A stretch of DNA of 60,088 nt from the NCBI GenBank assembly GCA_964406515.1, contig CAYORV010000002.1, positions 1 to 60,088 on the forward strand, read 5' to 3'. Position numbers and translations under genes: made by a program. The notes beneath the pieces were generated by a model. That model saw nothing but the letters and a program-made list of their open reading frames with translations. It was not told where the DNA came from and did not search any database. Of the stretch, positions 52,654 through 60,088 are shown one piece after another; position 1 is the stretch's first letter; every line of letters starts with the position of its first letter. The stretch comes from Candidatus Woesearchaeota archaeon. Lineage in GTDB: Archaea; Nanobdellota; Nanobdellia; Pacearchaeales; GW2011-AR1.

Positions 52654-54681
52654 ATGGGTGAGAAAAAAACAACAAAGAACCTCCTGGCGCTTGTGCAGAT
52701 TTCTATTTTGCTAATTGGTATTCTCGCTTTTACAAACATTATTTCTGCACAGCCATCAAGTGCACCTCTATCTACAAGTGTTATGAAAAAAGTTGTGATT
52801 AAATCCAATGAATCTTATCAAGAATCAAACAATAATATTGGGCCAACTGGTCAAGCTACATGGGTTCCTGTTCCTGTAGCATTACAAATGGGTGAAGCAG
52901 TTGGGAATTTTTTGCAAGGACTTATTGGAAAAATTAGTGTAAGTTCTTCAATTATTAGTAGTGGGCTTTTTTGGACTGCTGTTGTTTGGGCAGGTACTTT
53001 TGCAATGATATGGGTTTTTGGTGGACAAGAAGTAGATGAAGCCCTTTTTTGGGCAAACGCATTTGGAGCTTCTCTTGGTCTTGGATTTACTACTGGAAGT
53101 CTTTCAGGAGGATTAGCAGCAGGATTAGGAGCAACAGGAACATTAGTCCCTGGTATAGGTTGGACTATTGGAATAATAACAGCATTATATAGTTTATGGC
53201 GTATGACATTAAGAGTAGACGATAGGGCAGTTGTATTTGATTGCAAAACCTGGCAACCCCAAACAGGCGGAAATGATTGTAGAAAATGTAATGATGGTGA
53301 ATTCCCCTGTACAGCCTATAAATGTAGTAGTCTAGGGCAGAAATGTGAATTAGAAAATGAAGGGGATAATGCAAGATGTATATATAAAGACCCAACAGAT
53401 AACACTCCCCCTACGATAATCCAAAGACAAGATTCACTATCCTCTACAGATTATTCTTATGAATCAATATCTACAGAAGGGGTTGAAATAAAATATAAGG
53501 GAGGTTGTTTGCCTTCTTTTGAATCATTTACTTTTGGAATTGAATTGGATAAAGAAGGCAGATGTATGATGGAAAATCATTTGGCAGAATTCTCAGAAAT
53601 GGTACTTAGTTTTGGAAGTGATGACTTGGAAATAAATCACACACAGATGCTATCTTTTCCTGTGGGAGGAAATTATGAATACTATGTAAGTTGTGAAAGT
53701 GCTAATGGATATGCTAATGTCGGTGCTTTTTTATTCAAATTCTGTATCGAGCAAGAAGATGATTCAACTCAACCAAATATACAAGGATTTAATTTATTGG
53801 ATAGTACACCAATAAGTTATTTCGATGAAGAGGAAGAACATGAAACAGATGTAATAATTTATGTTAATGAACCATTATTTAACGTCGAAAATGGATGTAA
53901 ATGGAGTCACTCTGATAAAGAATATGATGATATGAAAGGGAGTATGGCTTCTTGTTCAGATGACCCTGCTAAATTTACTACATTTAATATGCAGATAAGC
54001 TATTCCTGTTCTGGAACATTGACAGGATTAGAAAATGGAAAAGAAAACAAGTTTTATTTCAGATGTAAGGATGCAACTGGGAATGTGAATACGTTTTCTA
54101 AGGACTTAACATTAATAGGCTCTCGTCCTTTGATAATAGATTCTGTTGGTCCCGAGGGAATAATAAAGGGAGCTTCTCAACTTGTTGAAGTTACTTTAGA
54201 AGCAGAAACTTCTGAAGGATATAAAGATGGAATAGCAGATTGTTATTATAGTGATACTGGAAATTATGATGATTACACAAGATTTACAGATACGCGCTCT
54301 AACAAACACTCTACTAAAATTGACATTCCAGAAGAAACTTACAAATATTATATTCAATGTATTGACATGGCAGGAAATGTCGATATTGAAACAATTTCAT
54401 TTGAAGTTGAAACAGATTTTGAGGCCCCATTGGTGATAAGAGCATATTATGAAGGGGGGGATTTGAATTTAATTACAAATGAATTGGCGGAGTGTGTTTA
54501 TTCTACTGATTCTTGTAGTTATAATTTTATAGATGGGGTTAGCATAATAAGTAGTGATGATATTCTTCACTCTGTTACATGGAATACAAACAATAATTTA
54601 TATGTGAAGTGTCGGGATGAATATGGAAATCAACCGAATAATGGATGTAGCATAAGTGTACGACCATTTGAATTTTTCTGA
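52654..54681 (+). CDS. large surface/membrane protein with Gly-rich hydrophobic block and beta-rich ectodomain
   Basis: Start at ATG 52654 after a TAAAATG junction. Signal or anchor LLALVQISILLIGILAFTNIISA. A roughly 100-aa G/A/L/T-rich hydrophobic block is followed by Cys-containing domains. Confidence 0.65.
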   Translation: MGEKKTTKNLLALVQISILLIGILAFTNIISAQPSSAPLSTSVMKKVVIKSNESYQESNNNIGPTGQATWVPVPVALQMGEAVGNFLQGLIGKISVSSSIISSGLFWTAVVWAGTFAMIWVFGGQEVDEALFWANAFGASLGLGFTTGSLSGGLAAGLGATGTLVPGIGWTIGIITALYSLWRMTLRVDDRAVVFDCKTWQPQTGGNDCRKCNDGEFPCTAYKCSSLGQKCELENEGDNARCIYKDPTDNTPPTIIQRQDSLSSTDYSYESISTEGVEIKYKGGCLPSFESFTFGIELDKEGRCMMENHLAEFSEMVLSFGSDDLEINHTQMLSFPVGGNYEYYVSCESANGYANVGAFLFKFCIEQEDDSTQPNIQGFNLLDSTPISYFDEEEEHETDVIIYVNEPLFNVENGCKWSHSDKEYDDMKGSMASCSDDPAKFTTFNMQISYSCSGTLTGLENGKENKFYFRCKDATGNVNTFSKDLTLIGSRPLIIDSVGPEGIIKGASQLVEVTLEAETSEGYKDGIADCYYSDTGNYDDYTRFTDTRSNKHSTKIDIPEETYKYYIQCIDMAGNVDIETISFEVETDFEAPLVIRAYYEGGDLNLITNELAECVYSTDSCSYNFIDGVSIISSDDILHSVTWNTNNNLYVKCRDEYGNQPNNGCSISVRPFEFF

Positions 54682-54722
54682 TTGTTAAAAAAGTTTATAA
54701 GTTATGGGTGTTATTTTTAGAT

Positions 54723-55184
54723 ATGAAAAAAAGGGGTACTTGCGCTTTGACATTGCGGATTAGAAAAAATATTTGTCCAACGTCAAAACGCGCGCAAATG
54801 AAGTTATCTTTTGGAATGATTTTTTCTATTTTTCTTATAATTATATTTATTGCTTTTGCGGTTTATGCGATAATCAAATTAATTGATATGCAACACACAA
54901 TTCAGATTGAAACATTCAAAAATGATTTGCAAGGGGATCTTGATGCAATTTGGCAGAGTTCTGGAGAATATAGTCAAGAATTTGAATATTATTTGCCTAA
55001 TAAGATAGATTCTGTTTGTTTTGATGAAAATAATTATATGTATTTTGAAAGTGAAGAAATTCTTGTAGGGGAAACTATTGAACACATCAATGTTAATGCT
55101 TTTTGTGTAGATAATATTGACGGAAAAGTAAGTATGACTCTTGTTAAAGATTATGGAGAAATCTTGGTGACAATAACAGAATGA
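54723..55184 (+). CDS. class III signal-peptide (prepilin-like) protein 2, with basic N-terminal extension
   Basis: ...TSKRAQ/MKLSFGMIFSIFLIIIFIAFAVYAI. First ATG at 54723; the ORF track uses GTG at 54708. Confidence 0.5.
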   Translation: MKKRGTCALTLRIRKNICPTSKRAQMKLSFGMIFSIFLIIIFIAFAVYAIIKLIDMQHTIQIETFKNDLQGDLDAIWQSSGEYSQEFEYYLPNKIDSVCFDENNYMYFESEEILVGETIEHINVNAFCVDNIDGKVSMTLVKDYGEILVTITE

Positions 55185-56113
55185 AAAAAGGCGCGTTACA
55201 GATATCTTTTGGTTGGCTTTTTGCGATTATTGTAGGAGCGTTTATAATTTTCCTTGCGATTTATGGAGTTACAAAATTTATGGGCACAGAACAAGAAACT
55301 ATCGACGCTAAAACAAGTAATGAAATTGGAATCCTTCTTAATCCATTAGAAACTAGTTTTGAATCTGCAAAAACTACTTCTTTTTCACTTCCAGCAGAAT
55401 CGCGAATTAGTAATGGTTGTAATGATAGGGGAAATTTTGGTAAACAATTAATTTCTGTTTCGCAAAAAAGTTTTAACAAATGGACAGAAACAAATCTTGA
55501 AGCGAGTTTTCTAAACAAATATATTTTCTCGCGCGAAACTGTTGAAGGAAAGAATTTTTATATTTTTTCAAAGCCATTTGATTTTCCTTTTAAGGTTTCT
55601 GATTTAATTTATATGACCTCTTCAAAAGAAACATATTGTTTTGTTGATGCTCCAGAAGATATTGAAGATGAAATCAAAACAATTAATCAAGCAAATCTTT
55701 TAACAGAAGATTGTTCAGAGAATAGTATTAATGTTTGTTTTTCTGGAACTTGCGATATTAATGTTAATTATAATCAAAATTATGTGAAAAAAGAGAAGGA
55801 GCTATTGTATTTTGTTTCTGATTCTTTGATGTATGCTGCGATTTTTGCAGACCCAGATGTTTATGAATGCCAGTTGAAAAGACTTATGCAAAGAGTAAAA
55901 GAACTTTCATCAATATATCTTGATAAAGCAATCTCTGTTAATGAAAGAGGTTGTAACTTGGATATAAATACTGATTTAATTGAATTTAACAGGCTTGCGG
56001 GAAATTTTGTAGATTCAAAAGATAGTGATTCGGGAAATATTTTGGGATTCAGCAGTATTGTTGAAGATCTTGAAAATAAAAACGATGCGGGAGGTGCGTG
56101 CGGATTATGGTAA
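55181..56113 (+). CDS. class III signal-peptide (prepilin-like) protein 3
   Basis: MKKGA/LQISFGWLFAIIVGAFIIFLAIYG. ATGA overlap with the upstream gene. Confidence 0.6.
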   Translation: MKKGALQISFGWLFAIIVGAFIIFLAIYGVTKFMGTEQETIDAKTSNEIGILLNPLETSFESAKTTSFSLPAESRISNGCNDRGNFGKQLISVSQKSFNKWTETNLEASFLNKYIFSRETVEGKNFYIFSKPFDFPFKVSDLIYMTSSKETYCFVDAPEDIEDEIKTINQANLLTEDCSENSINVCFSGTCDINVNYNQNYVKKEKELLYFVSDSLMYAAIFADPDVYECQLKRLMQRVKELSSIYLDKAISVNERGCNLDINTDLIEFNRLAGNFVDSKDSDSGNILGFSSIVEDLENKNDAGGACGLW

Positions 56114-56118
56114 TAAAA

Positions 56119-56694
56119 ATGAAACCCACCGACGGGTTTTCTATCCTACGTCCCAATAGAAAATTGAAAATAATTCTGAACAAAGGAGGGCAAATGAAAA
56201 TTCAGCAGACAGCATTTATGCTCATAGCAGTTACATTGTTTTTCATACTTGCTGGATTGTTTGTGTTTGTATTGAGATTTTCTAATATAAAAGAAGCTTC
56301 AAGAATAATTGAAGAAGAAAATGCTATGCTTCTTGTAATTAAATTGGCTAATTCTCCTGAATTTGCGTGTGGAAATTCATTTGGGAATAGTCGGACAAAT
56401 TGTGTTGATGGAGATAAGATTATGATGTTAAAAGAACATATAACAGATTATTCTGGATTTTGGGGTGTTGCTGAAATAGAAATAAGAAAAGTTTATCCTG
56501 ATTCAGAAAGTACTTTGTGCACTTTGGGAAATTATCCTGATTGTGGGATTATTGAAATTTACTCAAAAAATGTGAATAAATTACCTGCTTCATCAAATTT
56601 TGTTTCTTTATGTTGGAAACAAGATTCAGATATGGGAGTTTATGCTAAATGCGAGCTTGCTAGATTAATGGTGAGTGCAGAGGATAAAACATGA
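56119..56694 (+). CDS. class III signal-peptide (prepilin-like) protein 4, with basic N-terminal extension
   Basis: ...LNKGGQ/MKIQQTAFMLIAVTLFFILAGLFVFVL. ATG 56119 is the first start after the upstream stop; the ORF track uses GTG at 56098. Confidence 0.5.
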   Translation: MKPTDGFSILRPNRKLKIILNKGGQMKIQQTAFMLIAVTLFFILAGLFVFVLRFSNIKEASRIIEEENAMLLVIKLANSPEFACGNSFGNSRTNCVDGDKIMMLKEHITDYSGFWGVAEIEIRKVYPDSESTLCTLGNYPDCGIIEIYSKNVNKLPASSNFVSLCWKQDSDMGVYAKCELARLMVSAEDKT

Positions 56695-57173
56695 AATCAA
56701 AACGCGCGCAAGAAGAGATGGTTGGATTTGCATTAATTATTATAATAGTATCTGTGATTTTGCTTGTTTTCCTTGGTTTTTTCTTACGAAATTCAAATAA
56801 TGTAGAAATTAAAAGTTACGAAGTCGAGAGTTTTATTCAATCGGTTTTGCAAACTACAAGTGATTGCGAGGATGCTGGAGGATTTTTATCTGTTCAAAAG
56901 TTAATTTTCAGTTGTGAGTCTCTGGAAGAATGTCTGAACGGCAAAAGTGCTTGTGAGATTTTGAATTCCACATTAGAAAAGATTAGTGAAGAAAGTTGGA
57001 ATGTGGGGGAAGATGCGCCCATAAAAAGTTATGAATTAAAAATTCTTTCTGAAAATACAGAAATTTTCCTGTTTAAAGAAGGCAATATAACTAAGAATTA
57101 TAGGGGAGCTTCGCAACCATTTACTAGAAGAGGCAAAGATTATGAGATGTCTTTTAATCTATATTATGACTAA
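56691..57173 (+). CDS. class III signal-peptide (prepilin-like) protein 5
   Basis: MKSKRAQ/EEMVGFALIIIIVSVILLVFLGFF. ATGA overlap with the upstream gene. Confidence 0.6.
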   Translation: MKSKRAQEEMVGFALIIIIVSVILLVFLGFFLRNSNNVEIKSYEVESFIQSVLQTTSDCEDAGGFLSVQKLIFSCESLEECLNGKSACEILNSTLEKISEESWNVGEDAPIKSYELKILSENTEIFLFKEGNITKNYRGASQPFTRRGKDYEMSFNLYYD

Positions 57174-57511
57174 ATCTTCACATTAATTGAAATTGTATCT
57201 ACTAAAATCACTGGCCTATGTCTTACTCTGTTTTTGGTTTTTTCTTCTTTTAATTCTATAAAACCAAATCTTTCCAAAAGTTTAACATCATCATTTACTG
57301 CCTTAAATCCCCTACCTAATTTCTTAGCTAATTCATAGATTGATTGGGGTTTTTGGTTCTTAATTACATGTAAAATTCGTGCTTTTTCGTTGCTCAAAAG
57401 CTGTCTTAAGGCCAAAATACTGGAAAAATCATAGTCTTCTTTAGCAGAATCTTTTTTAAAAATAGAAAATGCTCCCTTCTCTCTCTTTAGTGTAATTTCT
57501 CTTAATACCAT
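57170..57511 (-). CDS. winged-helix (ArsR/MarR-like) transcriptional regulator
   Basis: ARILHVIKNQKPQSIYELAKKLGRGFKAVNDDVKLLERFGFIEL is a wHTH pattern. Convergent with the pilin-like operon and divergent from the S-layer gene. Confidence 0.65.
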   Translation of the reverse strand: MVLREITLKREKGAFSIFKKDSAKEDYDFSSILALRQLLSNEKARILHVIKNQKPQSIYELAKKLGRGFKAVNDDVKLLERFGFIELKEEKTKNRVRHRPVILVDTISINVKI

Positions 57512-57905
57512 TCTCGACGGTAAATCATATGGTTAATTTCTGAACATATATATGTAAAAGATATGTCACAGATATATGTTTTTTCATATAATATATTATA
57601 ATAATATACCCTATGTTAATAAACCTTTCTTTTTTGAATTTTATGAAAAGGGCGTTACAATACACAAGTGACAACGCAAACCTTATAAGCAAAAATAATA
57701 GAAAATAAACCTTTTTGTATTGGAGGCCTGAATTTAACAACAACCTTTTTAAACAAAAACTCTTGAAAATCATACACTCTTCGGAGTGATCTATGGGGGT
57801 TAATATTCATCTCGGCATGATGGCTACCCTATACCATCAAGTTGAGGCGAAGTTGTCATCGACAACATGTTATATAGAGTTGAAAGGAGGTTAAAAAGAA
57901 AAAAT

Positions 57906-60088
57906 ATGAAAAATACTTTTAAGAAAATATCTGCCGTAATTGGTAGTGTATTAATGGTTGGAATGACTATGGGTGTTGCTGCTGCTGCAAACTATCCCGC
58001 ACCTTTCGTGGTTGGGGGAAGCGCAGACGCTGCAATTGTTTATGGTACTGGAGTTGGTGTAAACCCTTCAGATTTAGTCCAAGCAGGATATGTACAAACA
58101 AACTTAGCATCTGTTACAAGCTCTTCAGGAGGAACTCCTACAGGAGATAATATCCAAATTGCTAAATCCACTGATAAGTTTAATCTTATGAACAATCTAA
58201 GTGCATTTTATTCTAAGATTGATGAAGGAGAATTGACTACAGTCTTAGCAAAAGGCGTGTATAGTAATAATGATCATGACGATTTTAAGTATGAACAAGA
58301 TATTGTTTTCCAATCAGGTAATCAATTGACACACTTTTTAGATAGTAAATTTAATGGTGATAAACCTGTATTTGGTTTTGAAATGTCTAGTGGAACAAAG
58401 ATATTAAACTATACCTTGAAATTTACTCCGGATGATGCAGAAGGAACTGATGTTTCATGGAGTGGAATAGTAGATAGTGAATTACCTTTATTCAGTACTC
58501 CGTATTATGTGTTAGCAATGACTAATACAACTGCTACAAATCATAAGATAACTCTTCTTAATTCTGCAGCATCTGCTACATTGAATGACGGCGAATCTAT
58601 AACCTTAACAACTGATACTGGCTCATATACTGTTTCTGTCTCTTATCTTGATACTAATAGTGTTAAGTTAACTATTAATTCAGAGATAACTGATAGTTTG
58701 GCAGCAGGTCAAACTCAGAAATTAAGTGATGGATCTTATGTGGGAATTAAAAGTTTGGATTCACAAGGATATGCTGGTGGAGTAGCTTATGTTGAATTTA
58801 GCATTGGTAATGGAAAACTTGTTTTAGAAAATACTAAAGAAGTAGAGATAAACAATGAGAAAATTAGTAAAACAAACTACCCTATTACTGGTTCTGATGA
58901 AACTATTAGTTATAAGATAACTTCTTATATTACTACATCTGGAACAAATATAGATAGTATTGTTTTGGACTGGGAAACAGATGATGAAACTTGGTTTGCT
59001 CCTGGAAATGATTTGACGTTACCGGGATTTGAAACAGTTAAATTAAGCATGAATGAATTCGTTACAGGCGTAGGAGAAGTAACAAAGCTAGAAGGAGATA
59101 GTAGCAAATTAGAACTTGTCACAACTATAACTGATGGACCAATTACCTTGCCTATCTTTTACTTAAATTCTAGTACAACTGGAATTGATGGAATTGGTAA
59201 AGATGCTACACATATAATGGCAACAGGTAATGGAAGTTCAGGTGGAGTAGGAGCAGGTCTTGGAATTATGCTAGAACTTAATGAAACTCTAAATAGTTAT
59301 TTTGTTGTTACATGGATTAGTGGAGATGAAGCAGAAACCTATGCATATGAGTTAGAGAGTGTTGATGAAGATGATAATAATAAAACAGTATTAACAAATC
59401 TTGTTTCAGGCGGAAGTGACATAACTCTTGATGAAGATGGAGAATCTGACACTGATGGAAATGTTAAATTTACATTGGATTTTGCACATGAAAAATATTC
59501 AACTGATGAATATGTTAGATTAAACATTAGCGCTGCAAGTAGTGGAACAGTTTATACAGACAGAATTGTAACTGCTGATGGACTTATGATATCATTGCCA
59601 GTAGAACACTCTAGTAAGACTGGTGCTGCTATTTATAGCACAACAATGGCTACTATAGTCGCATCAATTGGAAATGGATTCCTAAATACATCAACAATAG
59701 TTGGTGATGATAATGATCCAACTACATGGACTATGAATGTTACTGAAGAAGATAAAGATGACAATATTGCTGGTGGAGGACATTCTGTCGAGGTTGTAAT
59801 TTCAACTTCAAGTACAGATGGTCTTGAAGTGTCTTCAATTGCAAATGGTCTTACAGCTACAACAATGCTTGAGACTGAAGATGGTTCTAAAGTTTATGAA
59901 GGATATGTGCGAAGTGATATGAGTACAAAATTCGTTCATAGTAAGCCTTCGAGTGGTCTTAATGATTTGGAGATAACATACTTCCCTGGTGAAACTTATG
60001 CAGAAATATTCCTTACTGAAGCAGGTTCTGTATTGACTGGTGGTTCTTCATTAGGAGAAATCCTTGTGAAAGATACTGAGGTAAGTTC
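57906..60088 (+). CDS. S-layer protein (Methanococcales-type S_layer_MJ-like), 3'-truncated by window end
   Basis: Not in the ORF track because it has no stop. I read the frame from ATG 57906 to the window end without finding a stop codon. ggaggt lies 12 nt upstream. Signal MKNTFKKISAVIGSVLMVGMTMGVAAA is followed by ANYPAPFVVGGSADAAIVYG, the S-layer N-terminal signature. Later motifs are EEDKDDNI and ILVKDTEVS. Confidence 0.85.
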   Translation, partial: MKNTFKKISAVIGSVLMVGMTMGVAAAANYPAPFVVGGSADAAIVYGTGVGVNPSDLVQAGYVQTNLASVTSSSGGTPTGDNIQIAKSTDKFNLMNNLSAFYSKIDEGELTTVLAKGVYSNNDHDDFKYEQDIVFQSGNQLTHFLDSKFNGDKPVFGFEMSSGTKILNYTLKFTPDDAEGTDVSWSGIVDSELPLFSTPYYVLAMTNTTATNHKITLLNSAASATLNDGESITLTTDTGSYTVSVSYLDTNSVKLTINSEITDSLAAGQTQKLSDGSYVGIKSLDSQGYAGGVAYVEFSIGNGKLVLENTKEVEINNEKISKTNYPITGSDETISYKITSYITTSGTNIDSIVLDWETDDETWFAPGNDLTLPGFETVKLSMNEFVTGVGEVTKLEGDSSKLELVTTITDGPITLPIFYLNSSTTGIDGIGKDATHIMATGNGSSGGVGAGLGIMLELNETLNSYFVVTWISGDEAETYAYELESVDEDDNNKTVLTNLVSGGSDITLDEDGESDTDGNVKFTLDFAHEKYSTDEYVRLNISAASSGTVYTDRIVTADGLMISLPVEHSSKTGAAIYSTTMATIVASIGNGFLNTSTIVGDDNDPTTWTMNVTEEDKDDNIAGGGHSVEVVISTSSTDGLEVSSIANGLTATTMLETEDGSKVYEGYVRSDMSTKFVHSKPSSGLNDLEITYFPGETYAEIFLTEAGSVLTGGSSLGEILVKDTEVS

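Noticed and set aside
57525-57773. 82-aa minus-strand ORF in the regulator/S-layer intergenic region
   Set aside because: The region is extremely AT-rich and promoter-like. The peptide is low-complexity (I/L/F/Y/K) with no RBS, so it is more plausibly non-coding control sequence.
1-60088. Whole window being bacterial (e.g. CPR), given sigma-70, OMP-like, ComEA, TolB-like and class I GAPDH genes
   Set aside because: S19e, L39e, L31e, PCNA, the AEP PriS-PriL primase, Cbf5, class I LysRS, the histone-fold protein, archaeal-type TIM and FBA, and the S-layer signature are archaeal or eukaryal markers. They are spread over most of the window (about 25-60 kb).

Overview
AT-rich, very gene-dense fragment of an archaeal chromosome. 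Intergenic gaps are short and many stop/start junctions are 1 nt or overlapping, often TAAAATG. Archaeal identity rests on markers read directly from the ORFs: ribosomal proteins S19e, L39e and L31e, PCNA, a fused PriS-PriL primase, Cbf5, class I LysRS, archaeal-type TIM and class I FBA, a histone-fold protein and a Methanococcus-type S-layer protein. I also read an RNase P RNA from the DNA. The compact genes, fused primase and form III RuBisCO suggest a small-genome DPANN-like archaeon; this is inference only. Contents: (i) a left-end segment with bacterial-looking genes, namely an OMP-like beta-barrel and a sigma-70 factor, plus ORFans; (ii) chaperone, RNA-binding and membrane genes and a P-type ATPase; (iii) an RNA-gene island holding RNase P RNA and tRNA-Phe, with an unusual set of repeated hairpins, flanking direct repeats and a 94-bp tandem repeat; (iv) cysS overlapping a form III RuBisCO; (v) a GT4/GH130/GHMP-kinase glycan cluster; (vi) a 7-gene glycolytic operon; (vii) a ribosomal-protein operon with three ORFan inserts and a long-tailed L31e, whose 3' end is duplicated 1 kb downstream around a TraB-like gene and a MazG fragment; (viii) ddh-lysA, DNA repair and RNA modification genes, and lysK; (ix) a ComEA-like protein and two large Cys-module surface proteins; (x) primase and PCNA; (xi) a 7-gene operon of class III (prepilin-like) signal-peptide proteins plus two large surface proteins; (xii) a 5'-partial S-layer gene that runs off the window and is absent from the ORF track. 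The strongest candidates for new biology are the pilin-like surface operon, the sigma-70 and OMP-like genes in an archaeal context, and the repeated hairpin element around RNase P RNA and tRNA-Phe. All homology calls come from motif recognition by eye. No searches were run, and RNA ends are approximate.
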